Virus record (IMG/VR): IMGVR_UViG_3300031994_000017
Span: 58,023 to 122,022 of that record
DNA length: 64,000 nt
From: a virus
Taxonomy: Duplodnaviria > Heunggongvirae > Uroviricota > Caudoviricetes
Direction: 5' to 3' (one strand)
Below the pieces are notes generated by a model. That model saw only the letters and a list, made by a program, of their open reading frames with translations. It was not told where the DNA came from and ran no database searches. Made by a program: the position numbers and the translations under genes. Below are positions 21,200 through 32,498 of the stretch, one piece after another. Within the stretch, counting starts at the first letter, position 1; every line of letters starts with the position of its first letter.

Positions 21200-21745
21200 T
21201 TAAATTGGCGTTATAGAAATTCCAGAAATAAATTCAGTATCAAAAGTAAGTATTTCAGAGCCTTCTACTACAGAAGCAGGAAGACTTTGATTAATGCCTA
21301 TTGCAATACTATCTTTATAAGCTAAGGCGCCCAATGACTAAGTAGTCGCGATACCTAATTCTGAAATTACTTGCTATTTTGTAAGAGACCTAATGCGGCC
21401 ATTGTTATCTATAACCGCAAAATTATCGGGGATACTTTCCCCTTCACCAATACTTATATTGCCTGTAGTTTCTAAGTATTGGCCTTGGATTGCCCCAGTA
21501 GAAGCATTAAAAGAACTTGAAGTAGTTCCATTTTGATCTACTATTTGAACATCGCCTGTAATCGTTCCGCCTGTTAAAGACATTTTTAAAGGGTCTTTAA
21601 CTTGAACTCTACGATCAGTTAAATCTATATAAAGAGCTAATGTTTCTGAATCAAAAACAAAAGCACCTGGTTCTAATGGCGGAAAAAATGGAGACGTCGC
21701 AGTAACCGAGGGGCCGTATTTAAATTTTACTAAATTTTGGTTCAT
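21200..21745 (-). CDS. Short tail fiber-like protein with an 'SLTGGTITG' motif (T4 gp37/gp12-like LSGGTMTG)
   Basis: MNQNLVKFKYGPSVTA...KDPLKMSLTGGTITGDVQI...; 2 TAG codons in the C-terminus. Confidence 0.45.
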
Positions 21746-21763
21746 GCCACTTCTCCCTTCTAA

Positions 21764-22147
21764 TTTTTTAATTAAGGAGTAGAATTTTCTGGTTCGAAAT
21801 GCTCCCAAGTCGGTAAAGCATTATATACAGCCCTGGCACTAGGAATTTGATCATCTGTTGACAATGAGTTAATTACTGTAATTAAATCTAAATCTTCTCC
21901 CGTAATGCCTGGAATAGTTATTTCTTCACCATTAATCAGAAGGGTCCCTGGTTCTGTGCCGGGGGTAATAGATATTGAAACGACCTAATCAATAGCTTCT
22001 AGAATTTCATTATTTAGTTCTATTTGTTTTATGAATTCCTATAATTTAGTATCTATTTCATATTTATTATAATAATGTAATTTTATTCTTTCAGCCAATT
22101 GCTTTAAAGCAGAAACTTTTACTAATTTTGTTAGGTCATAAGCCATT
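21764..22147 (-). CDS. Hypothetical protein (3 TAG codons)
   Basis: MAYDLTKLVKVSALKQLAERIKLHYYNKYEIDTKL[TAG]EF... Confidence 0.35.
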
Positions 22148-22172
22148 ATTCTCTCCCTCCTTTTTTTAGAAT

Positions 22173-22222
22173 TTTAATAATAAATTTACTCCATTAAAAC
22201 ATGAAAGGTGCTTTAATGGAGT
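22173..22222. terminator. Hairpin (TTTACTCCATTAAA / TTTAATGGAGTAAA) downstream of the large virion gene
   Basis: A 14-bp perfect inverted repeat around a 13-nt loop. Confidence 0.4.
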
Positions 22223-22373
22223 AAATTAATTTTGACCAAAAAAATTCTTACGTATTAATCTATTCAATATGATTCTAATTATTAAAATAATACCATATAA
22301 GTTGTTTAACCTAAGGATTATAACTATCATCAAAATCATAATAATTAAATACTATTCCTATATTATTAATAGA

Positions 22374-25300
22374 ATCAATTATGCTCTAAGTTAAAGATCC
22401 ACCAATTATGGTTTTGCCTCCAAAATCTCCATCAATAAATTTTAAAGTTATAGAACCTCTTTTTTGGAGAATTTCTTTTGCTAAAAGAAGATCATTTTCT
22501 GTAATAGAATCATATAAATCTTCTCCTATCTTTTTCTCATATTCATAACTATTATATAAAGGTCTCCAATAAAATTCAAAAATATTATTATTATCATTTG
22601 ATATTTTATAAACGAAAGTGGGTGTTGATGAATCAGATCTAAAACCTGCTCCGTCCGGGGAGTTCAGCTGAAAAACATCATTAGAAGGTGATAATATCAA
22701 AGAACCATCTTTATAATTTTTTCTACTTTCAGTTTTATTGGTAGAGTTAAAAATATATTCACCCACATCACTATCATAAGTAATAGTTTCATAATCCATT
22801 AAATAACGCATATTTGGTGCGTTTATTTTATTTTTGACGGAAGTATTTAAATCAGATAAAGGAATTCCGCCAGAAGGCTTAACATAAGCATTATCTATTT
22901 TTGTCTATAAACTATTATCTAAATCATTATAAGAAATTATTTTATTACTCAAGTCTCCAATTTTTGTGGTAACAACATAATCAGATTGAATTTCTCCTAC
23001 TTGATAGAAAGACTAATTACAAATAATAACATCATTTACCGCAGGAATAGCATTACCCGCAAAAGGATATGGCAATGAAGTTAAATCAAAAACATAAGTA
23101 TCATCACCATAACGTCCACCAGAAGAAGGATTGCGACTTGACAATAATATTTTAAAGGAATTAAGTTTGTCAACTACATTACTAGCTAATTGAACTTCGC
23201 TAATTGAACCTTCTGGAATAATAATGCGTGTAGGATCAAACTCTATTGAAGAACCATCTTCTATATTGATAGTAAATGGTAATGAAGTAATAGGAATTGC
23301 ATCTATTCCAATAGGACATTGTAAATTAGTCAATAATCTATATCTTAAATCTTTTAAATATTCTACATCATTTTCGTTTTTGCGATAATTGTAAATGGTG
23401 TCAATATCTAAATTAGGATATTCTTCTTTAAGTAATTTCAACCATTCGATTAAAGAAGAACAAGTTTCCAATAATTCCGCATGGTTATTTTCCGCGTAAC
23501 TACTACCATTCCAAATGTAAGGATATTGAATTTCATCAGAACTTTCATCTTTCTTAAAATGATATAATTTGAAATCATCCCCATCATGTAAGCCCGCGTT
23601 CTTTAATTCTGTGATTAAAATATCTCTTAGAACAACATCATGCATTAATAAAGTTCTATTAGATGTGGCATTGCGCGCTAAATAACAAGCAAAATTAATA
23701 AAAATTTCTCTACCTTCTGGATAGTCTTTAAAAATATCATAAAGATAAGGAGCTGAAGTAGTTTGATATAAATTAAAGAAATTATTCTCCGTACTTAAAA
23801 CAAAATCACCTGGTATCATATGATTTAATTGTTTAAAACGAATTTCAGTTCTTAAACTATTATTCACTTCACTACTGGAAATTTTTTCTTGTATTACTTT
23901 TGGTAATAAATACAAAGTATTAAATACTAATTTAGTTTTATCTTGCTCATTGTTTAAAATATTATTTTGATATTTTTTGAGCTGTTCAATATAATCACTT
24001 AATCCATGGAAATAAGAGTCATTTAGGCCCTATTGAGACTATAAATATTCTATAAAACCAGGTAAAGCCGCAATCTTATTAATATTTTGATCTTGCTAAT
24101 TAGGAGATAAATAAGTAATATTATTTCCGCGGATGTAAGTTCCGCCAGCTCTAGTAGCACCATCAACCTCGTTGTTAATATAAGTTAAAACATCTTCGGT
24201 TAAGAAAGATTCGCGGCCAGAGCCATTTTCTGCGATAGTCTAAGGGCGGTAAACGCGTCTTAATTCTGAAGAATAAGGATTATATATATAATCATTTACT
24301 CTTGGGGTATTGTCATTATTATATCCTAAAAGTTTTTGATATACCTTTCCACCTGGATATTCTATGCCGCCAGAGTATAATAAATCTCCGCAGAACTACC
24401 AGATATTCCCGGTATTAATAGTTCCACGTTTAACGCAATGTAAAGCCATCGCTCCATGAGGATATTCTTTTACAATATTTTCACCATAAATTTCTTCATT
24501 TAAAATTGGAATATGGTAATAAATTCTAGGAGAGGCAATATTAATTACAGGTCTAAAAAGAGAACTTCCTTGCCAAACATTATTATTAAAAACCGCGGAA
24601 ATTTCTCCACCTTGCCCCAGATAAGTATTTAAATCACTAGTAATTCTTGGAATTTCGTTCTAATTAACAATATCTTCCGTTTTATCAGAGTCATAACTGA
24701 CATTGTATTTAGGATGAGTAGTATAATAAATTTTATTATTTTCTTCATTTAAATTGCCAGTTACCATATTTTCTCTTTTTATAAAATCAGATAGTTTATA
24801 ATCTGTGTTTCCAATTTTTCCGATTACAATATCTTTATTTTCTTGCATCATTAATTCGTAATGATTACGAATGGTAGTATGTCCACTTCCATTTACCAAT
24901 TCGCTATCAGCACCAGAAGCAACACTTTCATCTACTCCTGGGGTCATTGATTTTAGAATTAAATATAACGCATTAGCTTCATCTATAAAATATGTATGAG
25001 TTGCTTCTGGTTCATTTGGATCTGGATCACCAAAAGTTTTCTTTATTCTGTCCTAATACTCCCAATTATAAATTGTTTCTGGACGATATTGATTAGTATT
25101 ATTTTTATCTACCTATAAAGATAAGGCTGTATTGGCGGTAATTCCTTCACTATTTGCGGTAACTTCATAAATATTACCAGTAGAAGGCTAAAATAAAATT
25201 GCTCCAGACAAAGAACTGGTCTAAGAACCAATTTTTTCTGGAACAAAAGTTTCCCAAGGAAGAGCAACATATTCTACAAAAGCAGAAATAGAGCCTCCTA

Positions 25301-25982
25301 CTTGAGTATTATAAAGACCAGTTAATAATCTTTCTTTTTTTACATCTGCTTCTCCGCCGAATATTAAATTATAAGCAGCTGCGTCACTGGCATCAACTTT
25401 TTCTTCACAAACTTTCGCAAAATCAGCAAAATGCCATTTATTTTTTACCCAAGCATTAGTGGTATTTTTAAGAGCATTTTTATATTTTTTAATCCATTCT
25501 GGTTCATTTTTAAATAACTCTTCATAAGTGGTTTTCTTATAAATAACATCTTTATAATTAATATCTTCAAAATATTCTGAAAGAATTGGAATACCATATT
25601 CTTCTACTTTGGCCTATGGGGTTAAAATAAATAATTTACGTTTGCCATTAGCTATATCTGTAAAAGCTTGTTTAACCCAATTATCTTCTTGGTCTAAGAT
25701 AGTAAGTCCTTTTGCGCTAGTCGCCAAATTATTCAGCACATTAGCTATTTTTGCTTCTAGTATTCCATCGCCAAAGATATTAGTAATAGCAGTTTCTTGT
25801 TCTACAAGAGTTGGATTTTGTGAATTATAAGAAACATAATTTTCTTGTTCTAAGAAATCTCTTACGTCTTTAGCTACATAGTTTATCTATTCTTCTGTAA
25901 TAATAGCATTTTTTTCAAGTTCATATTGACTGTTGCCTTGATATAATTGCGGATTATTTTTATCGTAAACTATATCTGCCAT
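22374..25982 (-). CDS. Large virion or structural protein, about 1202 aa, in a single frame with about 16 in-frame TAG codons
   Basis: ATG at 25982 with GGAGG 9 nt upstream. The frame is continuous through ORFs 24660..24947, 23013..23915 and 22386..22811, which are separated only by TAG, to a TGA at 22374. Confidence 0.55.
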
Positions 25983-26156
25983 TATGCGTTTACCTCCTTT
26001 TTATCATTATATCTATTATTTATAAAAAACGATAAAGGAAAATAAAGCTTTTTGGGCCAAATTAGTTTTTACTTTAAAAAAACTTAAAGGGCTTTCAAAT
26101 TTGGGTTTTCGGGGCTTACTTTTGCGGCCGGTCCGAGGAACCGATTGTAAAAGAAA

Positions 26157-26186
26157 GTGAGCTATAAGATCATCTTATAGCTCACT
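26157..26186. terminator. Perfect hairpin GTGAGCTATAAGAT-CA-TCTTATAGCTCAC at the early/late boundary
   Basis: A 14-bp inverted repeat located after the small peptide gene. Confidence 0.45.
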
Positions 26187-26197
26187 AGTATTCTTAT

Positions 26198-26266
26198 ATA
26201 TTAAATATACAAACAATAGCCATAATACCAATAATAACTATCAAGCCAATAAAAATTCCTGCCATA
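26198..26266 (-). CDS. Possible 23-aa single transmembrane peptide (MAGIFIGLIVIIGIMAIVCIFNI)
   Basis: An entirely hydrophobic ORF followed by the hairpin. Confidence 0.25.
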
Positions 26267-26274
26267 ATTTTGCC

Positions 26275-26565
26275 TCATTTATCTTCATCATCCCAATGAC
26301 GACATTCTCCATCGCTAGATAAAAGTGCTCTACACTCCTCTGCCGCTTCTTCTACTGGCATATCTCCGTATAGCTCCTCATACCAATCTGGATAATAACA
26401 CTTAATATAAGCAGGATCATTTACACATCCTTCATAGCCTACAATACAAGCAGGCGTATAATCGGGTAGGCGGACACTGGCTTTCGCGACCGCTTCGGCA
26501 ATTGCCGCAAGTTCTTCAATCGGCATTTCCTCAAGCTTTTTTAGTAATTCTTCTATATTCAACAT
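26275..26565 (-). CDS. Hypothetical acidic protein
   Basis: 96-aa ORF. Confidence 0.4.
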   Translation of the reverse strand: MLNIEELLKKLEEMPIEELAAIAEAVAKASVRLPDYTPACIVGYEGCVNDPAYIKCYYPDWYEELYGDMPVEEAAEECRALLSSDGECRHWDDEDK

Positions 26566-26652
26566 TTACAATTCCTCTTTACACTCTTCAACCAGTATAT
26601 TAATGGTTTACTAATTTTATAATTACATATCCGCATCTTTTACATGGTAGCA

Positions 26653-27060
26653 TTATTTCAAATTATCAAGCGGAATAAATTCAAATTCATCATAGACATT
26701 AGGATAGAAAATTCCAACCCAAAAATTTTTTTGAAGTGCCTTTCCTTCTGCCAAATCTTCATTCCATTCTTGGACCTGATTTGCTAGTTCCTTTTTACCA
26801 TATTCATTATCATTGTTATACATGCCGCTTTCTACTTGATGCATCAAGGAATCATATCTCTGATGACTAGAAGCAACAAAACCAGGAGCACCCAAAGATT
26901 GAATAAGAATTATAATGGTCATAACGATAATAGCAACAGTAGTTGTCATACCTCCAAGAAGACTAGTTATCTCCCAACCATCATAATCATAGCTATCTTT
27001 AAATTTGACATAAACTACCCAACAAGCAATACATAAGATAATACAAATAAAATAAATCAT
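26653..27060 (-). CDS. Membrane protein with two predicted TM helices
   Basis: MIYFICIILCIACWVVYV...TTTVAIIVMTIIILI. Confidence 0.4.
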   Translation of the reverse strand: MIYFICIILCIACWVVYVKFKDSYDYDGWEITSLLGGMTTTVAIIVMTIIILIQSLGAPGFVASSHQRYDSLMHQVESGMYNNDNEYGKKELANQVQEWNEDLAEGKALQKNFWVGIFYPNVYDEFEFIPLDNLK

Positions 27061-27078
27061 TTTTCTCTCCTTTAATTA

Positions 27079-27693
27079 TTATAATTGTTCTTTACATTCT
27101 TCAACCTTTTGATACATTTCCGCGATTACATTTTCAATATTTACAGGGAAACAATCATGGCTATCTACGCCTACATGATACATATAAGGTTGGTCTTCAA
27201 AGAAATTATTTTTTTGATGTGTATGACCATAAAGATTAAGTGTCATTTGCTTTAAGCTTTCTTTTTCAAGATTACCAGTAAGAGTAGGAAAATGAGAAAG
27301 ATAAAAATGATACTTGCCATATTTAAGATAAATAGCATTTTTACATTCAACTACATTTGGAAGTGTAGGATACGCAAGCCATCGCTGTTCTGTATCATGG
27401 TTGCCTCTTACAATATGGAGTTTTCCATTCATTTGTTTAATAAGCTCAAGACCTTCATTCATTTTATCAGCGCCACCAAGCATAAGGTCTCCAAGCACAT
27501 AAACATCATCTTCTGGTGTAACAATAGAATTATGTCGCATCAAAAGGGCTTGGTTCATGTCTTCTACTAAAGTAAAGCCACGAGGGACATAAATAAATTC
27601 TCTATTATGGCAAAAATGCCAGTCACTAGTAACATAAATTTTACTCATATTATTCCTCCATGTAGATAATTTTATCATAGGTAAAATTATCAT
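27079..27693 (-). CDS. Calcineurin-like metallophosphoesterase
   Basis: YVTSDWHFCH, GDLMLGG, GNHD and GHTHQ. Confidence 0.6.
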   Translation of the reverse strand: MIILPMIKLSTWRNNMSKIYVTSDWHFCHNREFIYVPRGFTLVEDMNQALLMRHNSIVTPEDDVYVLGDLMLGGADKMNEGLELIKQMNGKLHIVRGNHDTEQRWLAYPTLPNVVECKNAIYLKYGKYHFYLSHFPTLTGNLEKESLKQMTLNLYGHTHQKNNFFEDQPYMYHVGVDSHDCFPVNIENVIAEMYQKVEECKEQL

Positions 27694-28138
27694 CTTTTGG
27701 GTCTGTCATTCCATTATACATGGTTTCAATAGCATGATGAGGAACATTTGCGCGACCAGTGCGGGTATCATTGCGCTTAAAGCACGTTTCAAGGGAAGGC
27801 TTGAAAACAACAACCCAAACTTCATCATAACATTTATCGCCAGAACGCTTACAAAATCTATCAATATTAGCAAGAAGCTTTCTGCGGCTTAACCAATTCA
27901 AATGAGACGCATCTGCGATTACGTCATGCCCGAACCGCAATTCACCTACGATATGATTACAGAATGTGTTAAAAACCAACTTTTCTTTTGCGAAATAATC
28001 ATCTTCTTCTTTCAAAAGAGAAAAACGAATTTCATCTCGGCTAATTACAATCGTGCCAAGATGTTTAGCCGCGTAATTTCTTGCCCAGGTAGATTTTCCA
28101 CTACCGGGAGCGCCAGAAAGAATAATTATTTTACCCAT
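27650..28138 (-). CDS. P-loop kinase (polynucleotide kinase / AAA_33-like)
   Basis: GKIIILSGAPGSGKST Walker A; about 160 aa. Confidence 0.5.
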   Translation of the reverse strand: MGKIIILSGAPGSGKSTWARNYAAKHLGTIVISRDEIRFSLLKEEDDYFAKEKLVFNTFCNHIVGELRFGHDVIADASHLNWLSRRKLLANIDRFCKRSGDKCYDEVWVVVFKPSLETCFKRNDTRTGRANVPHHAIETMYNGMTDPKDDNFTYDKIIYMEE

Positions 28139-28446
28139 GCTTTACCATTCTCCTTTATGTATTCAATAGAATTTGCTGCCTCTTCTTTAAAATGTCCAGC
28201 AGCAAATTCTTCAAGAAACCATTCTTTATCTTCAAGGCAAGTAACTTCAATACAATTAACTTCTACTCGGCAGTATGGGCAATAGAGAGCCTTCTTATGG
28301 CATCTGCTATGTTTATGACCTTTTTTCCGCATAATAGGAAAAGTCTTATTGCCGCAATTCATACAATAAAAATCATGCGACTCATATTTAGCTGTTCCTC
28401 TACTCATTTTCTTCTCCTGTTGTAACTTCAAAAATATGTTCATCAA
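28126..28446 (-). CDS. Zn-ribbon protein
   Basis: CMNCG...CPYCR motifs. Confidence 0.4.
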   Translation of the reverse strand: MMNIFLKLQQEKKMSRGTAKYESHDFYCMNCGNKTFPIMRKKGHKHSRCHKKALYCPYCRVEVNCIEVTCLEDKEWFLEEFAAGHFKEEAANSIEYIKENGKAWVK

Positions 28447-29146
28447 AAGTGTCTAAATCAAGAACCACTGTTTTATTTGACCACACACTTCCCATATCAA
28501 GGCATACTTTATGATTATCCGCATACCAAAAAGCACCATCTTCATACACAGGAGGTTCTTTCTGATAAAACTCAGCAACATCTTGCAATTCTTTTACCAA
28601 AAGCGGAATAGGAGTATGTCCATGAACTACAATCACATTTTCTGGTCCAAGCCAACCTTTTGCGAAATCTCTTTTATAACGAGTTCTGTCCCAGAGAAGT
28701 TCATTTTCCCAAGGGAAAGTTTTATTTTCATCATAGAAGCCAGAATGATTAAGAATAATTCTTATTCCATCTTTATTTAGATATTCTGTCTCAAGAATTA
28801 AATCTTTCATAAGAGGATAAATATCAAAACCATTTTCATCAGCAACAATTTGATCGAATGTAATAACTCCGCCATTAGCAAACCAGATAGGAATATTATC
28901 TTGATAATTACCATACTTTACGTCGTTCATGGCTTTAAAGCACATATCTTCATGGTTTCCTTTAAGAAGTTTACAACGAGGATCTTTCATTACTTCTTTA
29001 AAAAGCTTCCAACCATCGGGGCCTCTGTCAATGACATCACCAAGAATATAAAGTGTATCATCTTTATTTAAGAAAGCTTTAATTTGTTTAAAGAGGTCTA
29101 GGCGGCCATGTAGATCCGCGCAAGCATAAACACTCATATTTATCAC
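28400..29146 (-). CDS. PPP-family Ser/Thr (lambda-like) phosphatase
   Basis: GDVIDRG, GNHE and HGHTP. Confidence 0.6.
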   Translation of the reverse strand: MINMSVYACADLHGRLDLFKQIKAFLNKDDTLYILGDVIDRGPDGWKLFKEVMKDPRCKLLKGNHEDMCFKAMNDVKYGNYQDNIPIWFANGGVITFDQIVADENGFDIYPLMKDLILETEYLNKDGIRIILNHSGFYDENKTFPWENELLWDRTRYKRDFAKGWLGPENVIVVHGHTPIPLLVKELQDVAEFYQKEPPVYEDGAFWYADNHKVCLDMGSVWSNKTVVLDLDTFDEHIFEVTTGEENE

Positions 29147-29152
29147 ATCCTT

Positions 29153-29641
29153 TTACTTTTGTTCAGTATTAGTGCGAGTAGGAAGCATCATATCAAAATC
29201 ATAATTTTCAAGTCCGTCAAGACCCTTTACTCTAGCATAGCAGCCATTAGAACACATAAGACTCATCGGTTCATTGGTCATTTCAACCATAATAATTTTC
29301 TTTCCCTTGGCAAAGGCATAGCCACATTCCCAACAAGTTCCTGCTGTTGGGTCAAGACGACCATAATTCAATGAAATTACAATATCGGCTGTTTCAAGTG
29401 CGGCAATATCAGCCGCAAAAACCATGAGTCCCCATTCTTTATTGAGATAATCCCAATCATTAGGGAACTTGAGTGTCCAAGGCGCGTATACGGAACTTTC
29501 GTCAAATTTGCGGATAAGAATTTCTCTAAGTTTTTCGCAGTTTTCTCTTTTTCTTTTGGTATCTACATCATTGCGGCCATTAAAAGCCGCGGCAATATAA
29601 ATTTTATTCATTATCATATCACCATCCAAATGGATTATCAT
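29153..29641 (-). CDS. Nucleoside 2-deoxyribosyltransferase-like protein
   Basis: IYIAAAF...AADIAALETAD...GTCWECGYAFAKGK pattern of the deoxyribosyltransferase/Rcl fold. Confidence 0.45.
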   Translation of the reverse strand: MIIHLDGDMIMNKIYIAAAFNGRNDVDTKRKRENCEKLREILIRKFDESSVYAPWTLKFPNDWDYLNKEWGLMVFAADIAALETADIVISLNYGRLDPTAGTCWECGYAFAKGKKIIMVEMTNEPMSLMCSNGCYARVKGLDGLENYDFDMMLPTRTNTEQK

Positions 29642-29903
29642 CTGTTAAAATTTGATTAGTTAACACTCGTGTACTATGACATACTTTACAAAGACATTTA
29701 TGTCTATCTTCGGTCAAATAAACCCTTTCTTTAATCATTGGTTGACAGCAACATAAATATTTATCTTTTTTAGTGCGGCCACAAGGAATTGTTCTTTCTT
29801 TATGGAAATATTTATACAATAGCCATTGTATATTAGCGAAAAAGTGAACATCTTTGGCGATATAAATTTGAATTGGAAAAATACCATTTTTACTCATTAT
29901 CAA
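29619..29903 (-). CDS. Cys-rich hypothetical protein
   Basis: 94-aa ORF. Confidence 0.3.
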   Translation of the reverse strand: MIMSKNGIFPIQIYIAKDVHFFANIQWLLYKYFHKERTIPCGRTKKDKYLCCCQPMIKERVYLTEDRHKCLCKVCHSTRVLTNQILTDDNPFGW

Positions 29904-30717
29904 AATCCTCTTTTACAGAAATTTTCATAATTTGATAAGCAACGTCATCAAAAAGCTCGTCTACTGCGGAATTTACTTTTTCATTTTTGTGGGCTTTAAC
30001 AAATTTATCACACTTTTCGTGAATATTTGCATAAGTTGTATTTGCAATATCTCTTGCTTCGTCAAGTTCAAAACAACCTTTTTTAGCAGCAAGAAGGTAT
30101 TCAGCTTGATTGCTCACCAAACAATCACCATACGGTTCTCCTGCAAGGTACCTATCAAGATATTCTGAAACCCGCAAAAGATGATGCAACTGCTTTGGGT
30201 CATAACCATATTTTTCAATCCAAGCCATGCGAGAGGGGTAATGGTGCTCCATAGCGAAGTATTTTTCACTAGCAATACCCATCATAGATTTTACGCTACG
30301 AACAGGGTCATAATGAGTAATTTCTTCTCTATGCGCCACAAGTCTTTTCCACTGTTCTTCAAAATGCTGGTTTGGCAAGTAAAAATAAGGAGTATAAAGA
30401 ATTTCAAGGAAATTAAGGTTTTGTTTGCGGAAAGTCTGAATATAAAGACGAATATCTTTTAAATCAATATGTTCGTCATTTTCACGAATATGAGTAGTAC
30501 TTACCGGCTTACGTGCAAGAGCAATGTCTTTAAAAGTGGGAGTAACAATACATTTAGTATCTACGTCAGAGTCTTCATAATCAAGACCATAGTTCTGCGA
30601 ACCCTGAAGGAAAACACCGACAATATGTTTCTTGGGAACAAGAGTTTCTGCTTCAAGAACATGTTCCGCTAATCTATTAGTAATCCAATGATTTGTATGA
30701 TAATTCATTAATATCAC
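29890..30717 (-). CDS. Nucleotidyltransferase-fold protein (GS-x9-13-DhD signature)
   Basis: GSQNYGLDYEDSDVDTKC. Confidence 0.45.
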   Translation of the reverse strand: MILMNYHTNHWITNRLAEHVLEAETLVPKKHIVGVFLQGSQNYGLDYEDSDVDTKCIVTPTFKDIALARKPVSTTHIRENDEHIDLKDIRLYIQTFRKQNLNFLEILYTPYFYLPNQHFEEQWKRLVAHREEITHYDPVRSVKSMMGIASEKYFAMEHHYPSRMAWIEKYGYDPKQLHHLLRVSEYLDRYLAGEPYGDCLVSNQAEYLLAAKKGCFELDEARDIANTTYANIHEKCDKFVKAHKNEKVNSAVDELFDDVAYQIMKISVKEDFDNE

Positions 30718-30726
30718 TCCTTTATT

Positions 30727-31014
30727 TTAATCTTCTTTCCAGTTAATTATAAGACAATAACGTGCGCCCATTTCTAACTGAGTCTTATATCCAAAATCAG
30801 CAACTTCCTTTAGAACTTCTTTAATAATTTTTTCATAATCACAATTAGTTAATCTTGCCGGAGTTTCTAAATAAATTTTATATTTATAATAACCCATTTG
30901 AGCATTTTCTCTGACACGCTTATCAATAGTTTCCATAAGATTAGCTTTTACTTCGGACCTATACTTTTCATTTTTCATATCAGCAATTTGTCTAGCTTCT
31001 TCAAGACTAATCAT
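30727..31014 (-). CDS. Hypothetical protein
   Basis: 95-aa ORF. Confidence 0.35.
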   Translation of the reverse strand: MISLEEARQIADMKNEKYRSEVKANLMETIDKRVRENAQMGYYKYKIYLETPARLTNCDYEKIIKEVLKEVADFGYKTQLEMGARYCLIINWKED

Positions 31015-31035
31015 TTAATTTTGTTCCTTTCTTTA

Positions 31036-31410
31036 TCACCAATTTAAATCTTTCTCAGATTGTTTAATTAGCTCATCAGTAAATCCATTAATGCAATGAA
31101 GGTTTTTTCCTTTTCCTTCTCTTACTTGCACAAGAGAAAACATGACAATAATTTTATCAATTAAATTATTCTTAAACTTTCCATCTTCTCTAAGAGACCA
31201 AAGAACAAATGATGGATTTTTCACACCATTAATATAATCACACAATGCTTCAAAAAGAATATTTTCTAAAATACCTGTAGTATAAGAACCTTTAGAGCAA
31301 TTACATTCATGCGCTAAATAATGCTTAATACTATAAATAGGGTCACATCTATAACTATACCTATCGTTACCTTTACAACACATAATAATATTACAAGTTC
31401 TTTGTGTCAT
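31036..31410 (-). CDS. Hypothetical Cys-rich protein
   Basis: 124-aa ORF. Confidence 0.35.
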   Translation of the reverse strand: MTQRTCNIIMCCKGNDRYSYRCDPIYSIKHYLAHECNCSKGSYTTGILENILFEALCDYINGVKNPSFVLWSLREDGKFKNNLIDKIIVMFSLVQVREGKGKNLHCINGFTDELIKQSEKDLNW

Positions 31411-31514
31411 TTTTATTAACTTCTTTCTTTATTTTCTATATATATTATACTATATTTTTTAATAAAAATCAATAAAAAGAGAGGAAAGTAGAAACTTTCC
31501 TCTCTTATTTTATA

Positions 31515-32468
31515 TTACTTCATACCAACAATAGTGCTTGCATTTTCAGAACCTACATATGTAGTAGGAAGTTTACCATCCCACTGCTGAATGTAATAAT
31601 ACTGAATAAGGTCTTCAGACAGCCATTCTGCGATTGCCTTATTTTTCGCAGCTTCCTTCAAACCAGCATATTCAGCTGCGTCAGCCTGAATCTTCGTAAC
31701 TTCCAAATCAGCCTGAGCTTGAATCTTAGCAACTTCAGCTTCTGCGTTTGCGGCAATGACCGAGCGGTCAGCAGCAGCTTGTTCCTCAATAACTTTCTGT
31801 TCCTGCTCAGTAGTGGCGCGAAGCTTATTCTGCTGTGCTACCTGCTTTGCCTCAACCGCATCGGTAAAAGCATCTGTAAAGTCAAGGTCTTCAATTGATG
31901 TGCTTACAACTTCAATATTATACTGTGTAAGTGCTTCCCTTAGGAGGCTTTCAATATCTGCGGCCAAGATGCTGCGACCGCCAACCAGACCCTCTGCATT
32001 ATACTTTGCGATCGCAACCTTGACGCATTCCGCCACACTGGGCATCACAACAGTATCATAATAATCTTTGCCGACTTCACGATAAAGACGCTGGGCATTC
32101 TGCTTATCAATCTGATAATTAAGAGTATAAATTACCTGAACTTCCTGAATGTCTTTGGAGAAAGAGGAAAGTTCAATGGTTGCTTTTTGTACGCGATTAT
32201 CCATCTTAATGACTGAACGCCATGGGGCTGTGAAATGAATACCCGCATCAAGAGTGTAATTTTCAACGCGACCGAAAGTAGTTACAACACCCGTGTGGCC
32301 TGTCGGTACCGAGGAAATACAAGAGATGAGAATTAGAGCTGCGGCAATGGCAATTCCTACCGTAAACACAAAACCAGAATATCGCTTAAAATCTTTTGAT
32401 TTTGTGAAGCTAAAACCTACATATAAGCCAGCTAAAAGAATCACAATGCCCAAAATAAACAAAAACAT
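31515..32468 (-). CDS. SPFH/band-7 (prohibitin/HflC-like) membrane protein
   Basis: N-terminal TM helix, SPFH core, Ala/Glu-rich coiled-coil tail. Confidence 0.55.
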   Translation of the reverse strand: MFLFILGIVILLAGLYVGFSFTKSKDFKRYSGFVFTVGIAIAAALILISCISSVPTGHTGVVTTFGRVENYTLDAGIHFTAPWRSVIKMDNRVQKATIELSSFSKDIQEVQVIYTLNYQIDKQNAQRLYREVGKDYYDTVVMPSVAECVKVAIAKYNAEGLVGGRSILAADIESLLREALTQYNIEVVSTSIEDLDFTDAFTDAVEAKQVAQQNKLRATTEQEQKVIEEQAAADRSVIAANAEAEVAKIQAQADLEVTKIQADAAEYAGLKEAAKNKAIAEWLSEDLIQYYYIQQWDGKLPTTYVGSENASTIVGMK

Positions 32469-32498
32469 TTTCTTACTCCTTTTTTAATATTAACTTTT

